This document shows, in pieces, positions 26,879-40,300 of a DNA stretch of 64,000 nt; the stretch's first letter is position 1; each line of letters starts with the position of its first letter. Where the stretch lies: positions 27,590,001 to 27,654,000 of the forward strand of contig OZ024742.1 of the NCBI GenBank assembly GCA_964016885.1. The letters run 5' to 3'. The notes beneath the pieces were generated by a model. The model did not search any database and had not been told where the DNA came from. It saw nothing but the letters and a program-made list of their open reading frames with translations. This DNA is from Eledone cirrhosa. Its lineage: Eukaryota. The translations under genes and the position numbers were made by a program.

Positions 26879-27544
26879 GAAGATTTTATCAATATTTGCT
26901 AAAATATAACCACTTAGTTTTTTTACCACTAGTGCTTAGGATATTGGGGAGTGTATAAAACGAAATACTAAAGAAAACTAGACACAAGAAACAATTATAT
27001 AAGACAAAATGGTGCAAGGAAGAAAAGCAGTAACAACCATGTATGGAATGGACATCCATTTGTTTTAATGAGGAGTGTTCCTTTTGTCAAATCAACGAAA
27101 CAGCCTCTTCATGAATTAATGTATAAATGGTGAAGTATTTCAGAGACATGAATACCATTATTGTAATTCTCAGGGACATTCATAGTGACACAGAGTGTAA
27201 CATGGCAGGATGTTTCAATTACAGCTAGAGTCCATTCAACGGGCTTCCAAACAGTTTCTGCCTACCAATTTTCACTCATAAGGCATAGATTAACCTATGA
27301 TTATAGTAAATAACACTTTTTGTGAAGCAAACTTCTTAACGATTTTGGCATGCAACATCCTACACTGTACAGAAGTATCATACAATCTGCCCTTCACTTG
27401 GAATGAGAATTCCTTTGTTGTCAGCAGAGGTAAACAGCATTCAGAATATTTTCCATCTTGTCCTTACTCTGTCTTCTATGCTTTCAGAATACTTAACTAC
27501 CTATTGTGTGCCCTTTGAGCATTGGAACAATAACAAATATTAAT

Positions 27545-28075
27545 AATTGTTTCTACTTTTGGCACAAGGCCAATAATTATCCCAGTGCATTACTGGTACT
27601 TTATTTTATCGACCCCCGTAAGGATGAAAGGCAAAGTTAACCTCAATGGGATTTGAACTCAGACCTTAAAGGGCCGTAACTATGCTAGAAATCATGGTGT
27701 CCAGCCATCAACCGATATTGCCAATCCATGGTTTCTGATTTAGGCACAAGGCCAATCATTTTGGGGGAAGGAAAAGTTGATGAAATAAACCCCAGAAGAT
27801 AACTGGTACTTTATGTTATTGATCCTGTAAGGGTAAAAGGCAAAGCTAGCTAATAGTTGTTTCTGATTTAGGCACAAGGGGAACAATTTTAGTGGGAGGG
27901 ATAAGTCGATTAAATCAACCCCAGTGTATTACTGGTGCTTTATTTTATTGACCTCGTAAGGATGAAAGGTAAGGCTAACCTCAGCGAGGTTTGAACTCAG
28001 AATGTAAAAGGCCATAACTCTGTGCCACATAGCATGTTGTCTGATATTCTACAGATACAGCCAATCTTCCGCCAT
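27545..28075 (-). mobile_element. Three tandem Meta-like SINE copies
   Basis: Repeated ggcacaagg..actggtactttattttatcgaccc..aaggatgaaaggcaaag..gatttgaactcaga blocks. Confidence 0.8.
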
Positions 28076-28117
28076 AAAGGTAGCTAATATTAATAACTTG
28101 TATTATTTCCCTTTTGA

Positions 28118-28308
28118 GGGCAGTGGATTGGCAGTATCGGTAGAGGGCCGGACACCATGCTTTCCAGCATAGTTACGTCCCTTTACGATCTGAGTTCAAA
28201 TCCCGCCGAGGTTAACTTTGCCTTTCATCCTTACGGGGTCGATAAAATAAAGTACCAGTAATGAACTGGGTAATTGCTGGCCTTGTGCCTAAAGTAGAAA
28301 CAATTATT
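28118..28308 (+). mobile_element. Full-length tRNA-derived SINE with Meta-like central domain
   Basis: A-box tggcagtatcgg, B-box gagttcaaatccc, domain ctttgcctttcatccttacggggtcgataaaataaagtacc; at least 20 copies or fragments in the window. Confidence 0.85.
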
Positions 28309-28406
28309 TCCCTTTTGTAAGGTTTCTCTAGCAATGGGTTGCGTGGTGTTAATTAGCCTCAAATCAGGCCCTGACCTCAGAGGCTCAATGTAACATGTAG
28401 GATTCT

Positions 28407-31400
28407 GGTAGTGGTGGTAGTGATGGGAGTGATGGTTGTGGTAGTGATGGTAGTGGTAGTGATGGTGATGGTAGTGGTAGTAGTGGTAGTGGTGGTAGTT
28501 GTAGTGGTGGTAGTGATGGGAGTAGTAGTGGTTGTAGTGATGATAGTGGTGGTAGTGTTAGTGGTGGTAGTGATGGTGGTAGTGGTAGTGGTAGTAGTGG
28601 TAATGATGATAGTGGTGGTGGTGGTAGTGGTGGTGGTGGTAGTGGTGGCAGTGGCAGTAGTGGTAGTGGTAGTGATGGTAGTGGTGGTAGTGCTACTGGT
28701 GGTAGTGGTGGTAGTGATGGTAGTGGTAGTGGTGGTAGTGGCGGTAGTGGTGGTAGTGAGGGTAGTGATGGAAGTGGTAGTGGTGGTAGTCGTAGTGAGA
28801 GTAGTGGTATTGATGGTAGTGTGGTAGTGGTAGTGATGGCAGTGGTAGTAGTGATGGTAGTCGTGATGGTAGTGGTGGTAGGGGTAGTGATGTAAGTGGT
28901 AGCTGTGGTAGTGAAGGTAGTGATTGTAGTGGTAGTGGTGGTTGTAGTGATGGTAGTGGTAGTGGTGGTAGTGGTGGTAATGAGGGTAGTAGTGGTAGTG
29001 GTGGTGGTAGTGGTGATAGTGATGGTAGTTGTGGTAGTGGTGGTGGTAGTGTTAGTGATGGTAGTGGTAGTGGTGGTAGTGATGGTAATGGTGGTAGTGA
29101 TGGTAGTGGTGGTTGTGGTGGTAGTGGTGGTAGTGATGGTAGTGATTGTAGTGGTAGTGGTGGTGGTAGTGTTAGGGGTGTTATTGATGGTAGTGATAAT
29201 GGTAGTGTTGGTAGTGATGGTAGTGGTGGTAGTGGTGATAGCGGTGGTAGTGGTGGTAATGGTGGTAGTGGTGGTAGTGATGGTAGTGGTGGTAGTGATG
29301 GTAGTGATGGTAGTGGTGGTAGTGGTGGTAGTGGTAGTAGTGTTGGTAGTGGTGTTAGTGGTGGTAGTGGTGGTAGTGGTGGTATTGGTGGTAGTGATGG
29401 TAGTGGTGGTAGTGATGGTAGTGGTGGTAGTGATGGTAGTGGTGGTAGTGATGGTAGTGATGGTAGTGATGGTAGTGGAGGTGGTGGTGGTAGTGATGGT
29501 GGTGGTGGTAGTGATGGTAGTGATGGTGGTGGTGGTAGTGATGGTAGCGGTGGTAGTGTTGGTAGTGTTGGTAGTGGTGGTAGTGGTGGTAGTGATGGTA
29601 GTGGTGGTAGTTGTGCTAGTGGTGCTAGTGGTGGTAGTGGTGGTAGTGATGGAAGTGGTGGTAGTGGTGGTAGTTGTGCTAGTGGTGCTAGTGGTGGTAG
29701 TGATGGTAGTGGTGGTAGTGATGGTAGTGGTGGTAGTGGTGGTAGTGATGGTAGTGGTGGTAGTGGTGGTAGTGATGGTGGTGGTGGTAGTGATGGTAGT
29801 GATGGTAGTGATGGTAGTGGTGGTAGTGGTGGTAGTGGTGGTAGTGGTGGTAGTGATGGTAGTGGTGGTAGTGGTGGTAGTGGTGGTAGTGGTAGTGTTG
29901 GTAGTGATGGTAGTGGTGGTAGTGTTGGTAGTGGTGGTAGTGGTGGTAGAGATGGTAGTGGTAGTGGTGATGGTGTTGGTAGTGTTGGTAGTGATGGTAG
30001 TGGTGGTAGTGTTGGTAGTGATGGTAGTGGTGGTAGTGATGGTAGTGGTAGTGGTGATAGTGTTGGTAGTGTTGGTAGTGATGGTAGTGGTGGTAGTGGT
30101 GGTAGTGATGGTAGTGGTGGTAGTGGTGGTAGTGGTAGTGTTGGTAGTGATGGTAGTGGTAGTGGTGATAGTAGTGATAGTGATGGTAGTGTTGATAGTG
30201 TTGGTAGTGGTGGTAGTGGTAGTAGTGGTGGTAGCGGTGGTAGTGATGGTAGTGATGGTATTGGTAGTGTTGATAGTGTTGGTAGTGATGGTAGTGGTGG
30301 TAGTGGTAGTAGTGGTGGTAGTGTTGGTAGTGATGGTAGTGTTGGTAGTGTTGGTAGTGATGGTAGTGTTGGTAGTGATGGTAGTGGTGGTAGTGGTGGT
30401 AGTGTTGGTAGTGATGGTAGTGTTGGTAGTAGTGGTGGTAGTGGTGGTAGTGGTAGTGTTGGTAGTGATGGTAGTGTTGGTAGTAGTGGTGGTAGTGGTG
30501 GTAGTGGTAGTGTTGGTAGTGATTATAGTGGTGATAGTGATGGTAGTGTTGATAGTGTTGGTAGTGATGGTAGTGGTGGTAGTGGTAGTAGTGGTGGTAG
30601 TGTTGGTAGTGATGGTAGTGGTGGTAGTGATGGTAGTGATGGTAGTGGTAGTGGTGATAGTGGTGATAGTGATGGTAGTGTTGATATTGTTGGTAGTGTT
30701 GGTAGTGGTGGTAGTGGTAGTAGTGGTGGTAGTGTTGGTAGTGATGGTAGTGGTGGTAGTGATGGTAGTAATGGTAGTGGTAGTGGTGATAGTGGTGATA
30801 GTGATGGTAGTGTTGATAGTGATGGTAGTGTTGGTAGTGGTGGTAGTGGTAGTAGTGGTGGTAGTGTTGGTAGTGATGGTAGTGTTGGTAGTAGTGGTGG
30901 TAGTGGTGGTAGTGGTAGTGTTGGTAGTGATTATAGTGGTGATAGTGATGGTAGTGTTGATAGTGTTGGTAGTGATGGTAGTGTTGGTAGTGATGGTAGT
31001 GGTGGTAGTGGTGATACTGGTGATAGTGTTGGTAGTGATGGTAGTGATGGTAGTGGTGGTAGTGATGGTAGTGGTGATACTGGTGATAGTGATGGTAGTG
31101 ATGGTAGTGGTAGTGGTGATAGTGATGGTAGTGGTTGTGGTAGTGGTGCTAGTGGTAGTGGTGATAGTAGTGGTAGTAGTGGTAGTGGTGATAGTGATGG
31201 TAGTAGTAGTGGTGATAGTGGTGGTAGTGGTGGCAGTGATGGTAGTGGTGGTAGTGATGGTAGTGATGGTAGTGGTAGTGGTGATAGTGATGGTAGTGGT
31301 TGTGGTAGTGGTGCTAGTGGTAGTGGTGATAGTAGTGGTAGTAGTGGTAGTGGTGATAGTGATGGTAGTAGTAGTGGTGATAGTGGTGGTAGTGGTGGCA

Positions 31401-31550
31401 GTGATGGTAGTGGTGGTAGTGATGGTAGTGGTGTGAGTGGTGGTAGTAATGGTAGTGATGCTAGTGATGGTAGTAATGGTAGTGGTAGTGACGGTAGTGG
31501 TGGAAGTGGTGGAAGTGATGGTAGTGGTGGTATCGGTGGTAGTGATGGTA
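28407..31550. repeat. 3.1-kb imperfect (GGT/AGT/GAT/GTT)n triplet tract
   Basis: Direct reading; source of the poly-Val and poly-Thr ORFs. Confidence 0.95.
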
Positions 31551-31599
31551 GAAATTTGGGCACTGTCTATGAAGTCGGGGGTTCTAAGGCTTATAATAA

Positions 31600-31945
31600 T
31601 TGTTTCTACTTTCGCCACAAGGCCAGCAAATACCCAGTACATTACTGGTACTTTATTTTATTGACCTCGTAAGGATGAAAGGCAAAGTTATTCAAATATC
31701 GTAAAGGGACGTAACTATGCTGCAAAGCATGTCCGACCCTCTACCAATTCTGCCAATCCACTGCCCTTATAATAATGGTTTCTGCTTTAGGCATAAAGGC
31801 CAACAATTTTGGGGGTGGGGCAGTTGATTAAATCGATCCCAGTGCATTACTGGTACTTTATTTTATCGACCCCGTAAAGATGAAAGGCAAAGCTAACCTC
31901 GGCGGAATTTGAACTCAGAACACAAAGGGCCATAACTCTATGCCA
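31600..31945 (-). mobile_element. Two Meta-like SINE copies
   Basis: Match the reverse complement of 28118-28308. Confidence 0.75.
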
Positions 31946-32712
31946 TTCCAAAAGGCAACAAATAAAGCAAACAACAGCATTTTCACTGAGAGAAATTGAA
32001 TGAAATGTAAATATGTTTGTCTTAGACAAGGGTTTAGTTAATGAAGTAGGGATATAAATAAATAAATAAACCAATAAGTAAATAAATAAATAGAATAAGT
32101 AAAAGAATCAGTAAATACTAAATAAAAATATTCCTAAAAGAACAAATAGATTATGTGAGAAATGGGGAGGTAGATGTCTGGTATAAGAATTAATACAGGG
32201 TGGTTCTGGTGGTGGTAGTTAGTGGTGTATGTTGGTGGTGGTGTATGGTATTGTTGCTGTGTGGTGGTGGTAGGTGTGCTGGTTGTTTGGTGGTGTTGAT
32301 GGTGGAGTGTGGTTAGTGGTGTATGCTTGTGGTGGTGGTCGTGGTGTGTGGTTGTGGTGTGTGCTGGTGGTATGTGATGTGTGGTGGTGTTGTGGTTGTG
32401 ATGGAGCAATGAGTGATGCCGATGTTGGTGATGAAGGTGGTGATGGTAGGTGGTGGTGGTGGTGAGGTGTGGTGTTGTGTGGCAAGGTGTGGTGGTGCTG
32501 ATGGGGGATGAGATGGATGTGGTGGTGGAAATGGTGGTGTGTAGTTGTCAGACATGCTAGAGTCAAGTATCACCTTACATATAACAGAAATACAAGGAGA
32601 GAACACAAAAGGTAAGCTACAGAAATAACACTATATCCACATACACACTCACACATACATACATCCACACACACATACATACACACACATATTCACATAC
32701 AAATACATATCT

Positions 32713-32748
<36 letters not shown>

Positions 32749-32758
32749 GTATATAAAT

Positions 32759-32818
<60 letters not shown>

Positions 32819-33426
32819 GTGATCAGATGGATGGTTGGTCAATGGCTAGATAGATAGATATACATTAGAGACATACACTCCCACACAAAATAATACATAC
32901 ACTCACATATTCCCTCAAACATACTTTCACACACACTCACATTCACACACATTTTAAAACAAAAGCATAGTTCTGTACACACATTACATCTGTCATTGAA
33001 TCATCTTGATAGTATGAGAATCAGGCTACTAAAACCCTATAGGAAGAACTAAAAAAAGAGCTAAGATTAAGGAAGAGCTGCTAATCAGACAAGATAACCC
33101 CCACCACAAGGAAAATCTCTATAAAAAATCCCTACAGCATAACAAAATATTAAGTCAAAAAGAGGTTTTTTATATAGTCAACTAAACCCTTGATCTCGCA
33201 GACAAATATATAAGCCCACCCCAAACAAATCTCTTTGCTCTCCTTAGATTGTAAATCTTATGAGGCCATGAGCAAGAATTTCGTTTATCAGTGGATCTGT
33301 TCTAGTGAACAGCTAAATCTCTCTATGTTAATAACCCCTTACTATTAAAACAGCTGTAGCTGATTCAGCAAGCTTGCTATAAGCCACCAAAGAAGCTTCT
33401 CTATCTACAGGCTTGTCTGACAATAT

Positions 33427-33665
33427 TAACCCTTTCATTACCATATGTTTTTTGAAAGAAACTATTTATAGTTTCCAAATATTTTAAAGAATAATCTAGA
33501 ATTTAAAGGTATTTAGTGAAATAATAAACTGTCTTATTGTTAAACAGATGTTTGGAACATAACAAATTTCTTGACATAAAATTATGATAAAAAATGTTTA
33601 AATGAACAGTTTTGTATTATAGAGACGGGGGACGTTTCAGGTGGTTTGGTATGAAAAGGGTTGAA
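33427..33665. mobile_element. piggyBac-like MITE
   Basis: TTAA-ccctttcattacca ... tggtatgaaaaggg-TTGA termini. Confidence 0.65.
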
Positions 33666-35729
33666 GTAGCAGTTATATTTCCTTCAACAAACACACCACT
33701 TTTTTCAGGTCTTTCTGAGGGAGTGGAGAAGGTCTCCTCAAACCAGCGACTAGGCCTGAATGCTGGCAACAGAGTGGACTCTTCATATATTTTTTTCTAG
33801 AAGTGCAATAGGGATATTTTTGAGTAACTAAATAACTATAATTAGGGTCCTATGAAAGGAATGTTGACCTGCATTTAACAAACTTCTTTTTCTTCTTCAG
33901 CCACTTATTCCTGAGAGAGTCATGGGGGCAGAATCCTCAAACACACATTCCAGCGGGTCCTATCAGAAGCAATTGTCTTGAACTGATCTGTAAAATATGT
34001 CCAGTGATTCTTTCCTGAGACATTCTAACCACATGCCCATAGTATCTGAGCTGTGATCTCTCACTTCACAAAATAAGAGAAGATAATGTGTCGTGAAGAA
34101 AAGTTAGTTTTGAGATTTTGGATAGCAGAAGCTGTCTTCAAACTGCTCATATTTTATGAAGTTACTTATGGTTTATTAAAAACCCCTCAGCAACATATTT
34201 ATCTAAAGAAGTGTCAATAGCTGTTCAAATGGCTGAACTGAGTAGAAAATGTTCTATTTTCTCCCAACTAAATTAGTCTAGTCCCTTTCAAATGTGAGAG
34301 CACTTGAAATAGTTACCTAACTTGGTCAATGTAGCAGTACAAATTCTTTTAGCAAATTGCCCACTCTCTTTCAAATAGAGGACCACATATAGTTTCTTTT
34401 AAGACCTAAATTGTAGGATATGACGATGCAAAATAAAGATATAGATATGATGGCCAATGCTAAAAGCACAGACAACATGTTTTTATTGTTTTCTATCAGC
34501 TAACCACATCTCATTTGGGATGCCACAGTTAGTGGATCTTTTGCTCTTTCTCACATACTGGTTGCAGCATCAAAAGTGAGGATCACTGCATCCATAGCCA
34601 AAGAGAATAACATTCTAAAATAAATGAATTAAACCAGGAATTATTGGCAAAATATGTTTTTCAGCCTGTGATGTTCAAAACATTACAGGGAGCCAGTGGA
34701 GCCACTGACAATAATGTTCTTGTCATTGTTGGGGGCTTGTCTTAATGATGTATCATGTGATGCCTGGCTATACCAGTATCTTAGCTACCCTATCACCCAT
34801 AGCAATGCTGCAAGTGCATTAACCTGTCCCAAAAATTTATTGGAGGGGAAAACTCCAGAACTCTTTGTTGTGGTTGTGGTTGAGTGTGTGTGTATGTGTA
34901 TGTGTGTATATGTATGTGTGTGTGTGTGTTTGTGTGTATGTATGTGTGTGTATGTATGTGTGTATGTGTGTGTGTGTGTATGTATGGGTGTATGTGTGTG
35001 TGTATGTGTGTCTTCTCCCACATTTTTTCAATTTTCTTTTTTAAATACAAATTGTGTTTATTTGTATGCATAATTATGGGAAATAAAAAAGAAATCAATA
35101 GCTAACTATCTACCTACCATTGTTCAGTTGAGGCAGAGTTGACCAAAGTTATAAAGCAACAATAACATCAACAACATAACACAACATAATATCATTGGGA
35201 AAAAAAATCATTGTTAATAACAACAGATTACCACAAGGTAATAATATCATTAAAAGGTGGGAGTGAGTAGTGGGTTAGCTAAGGTCAGGTAACATTGACA
35301 AAGAAACATTAAACCAGGTAATATATATACAATAGAAGCTGTAATAAATAACATCAGACCACACACATACACATACTCAGACACTCACTCAGACACTCAC
35401 TCACATTCAAGAAAGCAAAATGATCTGGCTTCAAGCACATTATAACTATACTGATGATAACAATAATAATAACCGCAACAATACTAAATAATAATAATAA
35501 CAATAATAATATTAATAATAATAACAACAATGAACTTATGTAAAAAAAATGCTTACACTACAAAAGTAGATAACTAGAAATAGAAGAGACTTATCAATAT
35601 CCTACTCCACCCCCTCACACACATACATACACACACTGAAAAAATAAATAACAATAAAACACCTCCAAAATACTAAATGACTAAAATAAGAGAGGAAAAT
35701 TAGAGTATTTCAGAAATATAACACTAAGC

Positions 35730-36030
35730 AGAGAATGAAAAAATAAATATTTTTGTGGAACAAAAACGGGAACATACATAGAGGTAGTTAGGAACAAATG
35801 AACCAGACAGCTAACAACACAAACAAATGAGAATGAGTGAGGGAAATTGCACAAAAATCGAATACAATTCGCAATTAGATTAGTATTAAGTATTGACCTT
35901 AATGCCAACAACAAAACAATGATCATAAACACATTAGTTGTCCTATTAATCAATTATAGTTTCTGCATAATAAGTTGGAAATTAAATAAACTAAAACAAA
36001 GTAGACAGGAAGACAATGGCAAATTATAAT
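35730..36030 (+). pseudogene. R4/Dong-like non-LTR RT thumb relic
   Basis: RLVLSIDLNANNKTMIINTLVVLLINYSFCIISWKLNKLKQ then (shifted) DRKT resembles the motif LN..NK..AINT.AVP...YSFGII.W...EL...DRKTR. Confidence 0.6.
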
Positions 36031-36446
36031 ATTGGGAAAGAAACAAGCAAATATTCAATAAAGACAAAATAACAATTGAATAAGGACAATTTATCTAACA
36101 CAGAAAAATACTATATAATACCTATGGTGAGATTACAATGTAAGTGAACATTTTATAAGCTAGTCATGCAACATGAAAGAGAGTGAGTAAAAAAATCTAT
36201 TTTACATAGATTATAAAGGAAGTAGATATAACATAAGAACTGGGATTATGTGTGTGAGTGTGTGTGTGTGTGTGTGTATTATATATATATATATATATAT
36301 ATATAATTTACTCACACACATGCATGTGTATAGATAGATATATGTGTGTATTATATATATATATATACATATACACACATGTATGTGGGTATATACATTC
36401 ATATATCTACACATACACATGCATATTAACATATATATGTGTGTAT

Positions 36447-36485
<39 letters not shown>

Positions 36486-36864
36486 TTACCCAAACGCATA
36501 ACCACATACACTAAGAGGAGGAGAGTAAGGAACTAGAAATATTGCATATAACCACATTTCTCTACCAGATATATAGAATGATGGTAAAGCTTGTTGATGA
36601 TAATGCACCAAAACTAAACCAGTAAGAATCCCCACTTCACACCACTCCAATCCACTCTACACCACTCCACAAAAGAAAAGATTAGAATGGTTGAAAAATT
36701 CTCTCAAATTCACAACATGTAATTTTCTGCAAGCCCTTTATTGAGTTTTTAACAGGGAGAAAGTTTTAAAAAAAAGTAATCTGGCTGCTATTTCTAGCAT
36801 GTAAAGTTACCATGTAGTGGCTCCCTCTTTATCTTAATCCATATAACTTTTGTGTATAAATCAA

Positions 36865-37052
36865 TTGTTGCTACTTTTGGCACAAGGCCTGCAATTACCC
36901 AGTGCATTACTGATACTTTATTTTATCGACCCTATAAGATGAAAGGCAAAGTTAACCTCGGCGGGATTTGAACTCAGAATAGCAAGGACCGTAACTCTAT
37001 GCATCAAAGCATGGCGTCCGACCCTCTACCGATACTGCCAATCCACCGCCTT
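36865..37052 (-). mobile_element. Meta-like SINE, full length
   Basis: Reverse complement of 28118-28308. Confidence 0.8.
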
Positions 37053-37334
37053 TTGTGTATGAATTAATGATATATAATCATGAGTGATTTCATGACCAGT
37101 TTAAAATAGTAACCAAATCTCCCTTAAATCATTCCCTATTATTTTAAATAAAATCACATGACCCACTAGAGGTGACGAATTGGCAGAGTTGTTAGAACAT
37201 TGTTCCAGCTCTCTGCTCTCTGAGTTCAAATCCCACCGAAGTCAACTTTGCCTTTCATACTTTAAAGTTTAATAATAAAAAAAATTACCAGTCTAGTACT
37301 GGAGTTGATTCTTCCTCTATATCTTTCTCATTTC

Positions 37335-40300
37335 CATTGTAAAGTGGACGTCTTGGTAACACGACAAAAAGCACCCAATCCATACGGTAAAGTGGTCCTG
37401 TTAGTCACATGACAAAAAGCACCCAATCCATACTGTAAAGTGGTCCTGTTGGTGACATGACAAAAAGCACCCAATCCATACTGTAAAGTGGTCCTGTTGG
37501 TGACATGACAAAAAGCAACCAATCCATACTGTAAAGTGATCCTGTTGGTGACATGACAAAAAGCACCCAATCCATACTGTACAGTGGTCCTGTTGGTGAC
37601 ATGACAAAAAGCACCCAATCCATACTGTAAAGTGGTCCTGTTGGGGACATGACAAAAAGCACCCAATCCATACTGTAAAGTGGTCCTTTTGGTGGCATGA
37701 CAAAAAGCACCCAATCCATACTGTAAAGTGGTCCTGTTGGTGACATTACAAAAAGCACCCAATCCATACTGTAAAGTGGTCCTGTTAGTGACATGACAAA
37801 AAGTGCCTAATCCATACTGTAAAGTGGTCCTGTTGGTGACATGACAAAAAGCACCCAATCCATACTGTAAAGTGGTCCTCTTGGTGACATGATAAAAAGC
37901 ACCCAATCCATACTGTAAAGTGGTCCCGTTGGTGACATGACAAAAAGCACCCAATCCATACTGTAAAGTGGTCCTGTTGGGGACATGACAAAAAGCATCC
38001 AATCCATACTGTAAAGTGGTCCTGTTGGTGACATGACAAAAAGCACCCAATCCATACTGTAAAGTGGTCCTGTTGGTGACATGACAAAAAGTGCCCAGTC
38101 CATACTGTACAGTGGTCCTGTTGGTGACATGACAAAAAGCACCCAATCCATACTGTAAAGTGGTCCTGTTGGTGACATGACAAAAAGCACCCAATCCATA
38201 CTGTAAAGTGGTCTTGTTAGTGACATGACAAAAAGCACCCAATCCATACTGTAAAGTGGTCCTGTTAGTGGCATGACAAAAAGTGCCCAATCCATACTGT
38301 AAAGTGGTCCTGTTGGTGACATTACAAAAAGCACCCAATCCATACTGTAAAGTGGTCCTGTTGGTGACATGACAAAAAGCACCCAATCCATACTGTAAAG
38401 TGGTCCTGTTGGTGACATGACAAAAAGCACCCAATCCATACTGTAAAGTGGTCTTGTTAGTGACATGACAAAAAGCACCCAATCCATACTGTAAAGTGGT
38501 CCTGTTGGTGACATGACAAAAGGCACCCAATCCATACTGTAAAGTGGTCCTGTTGGTGACATGACAAAAAGCACCCAATCCATACTGTAAAGTGGTCTTG
38601 TTAGTGACATGACAAAAAGCACCCAATCCATACTGTAAAGTGGTCCTGTTGGTGACATGACAAAAAGCACCCAATCCATACTGTAAAGTGGTCCTGTTGG
38701 TGACATGACAAAAAGCACCCAATCGATATTGTAAAGTGGTCCTGTTGGTGACATGACAAAAAGCACCCAATCCATACTGTAAAGTGGTCCTGTTGTGGAC
38801 ATGACAAAAAGTGCCCAGTCCATACTGTACAGTGGTCCTGTTGGTGACATGACAAAAAGCACCCAATCCATACTGTAAAGTGGTCCTGTTGGGGACATGA
38901 CAAAAAGCACCCAATCCATACTGTAAAGTGGTCCTTTTGGTGACATGACAAAAAGCACCCAATCCATACTGTAAAGTGGTCCTGTTGGTGACATTACAAA
39001 AAGCACCCAATCCATACTGTAAAGTGGTCCTGTTAGTGACATGACAAAAAGTGCCCAATCCATACTGTAAAGTGGTCCTGTTGGGGACATGACAAAAAAG
39101 CATCCAATCCATACTGTAAAGTGGTCCTGTTGGTGACATGACAAAAAGCACCCAATCCATACTGTAAAGTGGTCCTGTTGGTGACATGACAAAAAGCACC
39201 CAATCCATACTGTAAAGTGGTCCTGTTGGGGACATGACAAAAAGTGCCCAGTCCATACTGTACAGTGGTCCTGTTGGTGACATTTCAAAAAGTGCCCAAT
39301 CCATACTGTAAAGTGGTCCTGTTAGTGACATGACAAAAAGTGCCCAGTCCATACTGTAAAGTGGTCCTGTTAGTGACATGACAAAAAGTACCCAATCCAT
39401 ACTGTACAGTGGTCCTGTTGGTGACATGACAAAAAGCACCCAATCCATACTGTAAAGTGGTCCTCTTGGTGACATGATAAAAAGCACCCAATCCATACTG
39501 TAAAGTGGTCCCGTTGGTGACATGACAAAAAGCACCCAATCCATACTGTAAAGTGGTCCTGTTGGGGACATGACAAAAAGCATCCAATCCATACTGTAAA
39601 GTGGTCCTGTTGGTGACATGACAAAAAGCACCCAATCCATACTGTAAAGTGGTCCTGTTGGGGACATGACAAAAAGCACCCAATCCATACTGTAAAGTGG
39701 TCCTGTTGGTGACATGACAAAAAGTGCCCAGTCCATACTGTACAGTGGTCCTGTTGGTGACATGACAAAAAGTGCCCAATCCATACTGTAAAGTGGTCCT
39801 GTTAGTGGCATGACAAAAAGCACCCAATCCATACTGTAAAGTGGTCCTGTTGGTGACATTACAAAAAGCACCCAATCCATACTGTAAAGTGGTCCTGTTG
39901 GTGACATGACAAAAAGCACCCAATCCATACTGTAAAGTGGTCCTGTTGGTGACATGACAAAAAGCACCCAATCCATACTGTAAAGTGGTCTTGTTAGTGA
40001 CATTACAAAAAGTGCCCAATCCATACTGTAAAGTGGTCCTGTTAGTGACATGACAAAAAGCACCCAATCCATACTGTAAAGTGGTCCTGTTGGTGACATG
40101 ACAAAAGCCACCCAATCCATACTGTAAAGTGGTCCTGTTGGTGACATGACAAAAAGCACCCAATCCATACTCTAAAGTGGTCCTGTTGGTGACATTACAA
40201 AAAGCACCCAATCCATACTGTAAAGTGGTCCTGTTAGTGACATGCAAAAAGTGCCCAATCCATACTGTAAAGTGGTCCTGTTGGGGACATGACAAAAAGC

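Noticed and set aside
28385-31642. 1085-aa Thr-rich 'mucin' ORF and opposite poly-Val ORFs
   Set aside because: Products of a triplet tract lacking stops; the ORF starts inside a SINE, changes register near 28830, and has no signal peptide or domain.
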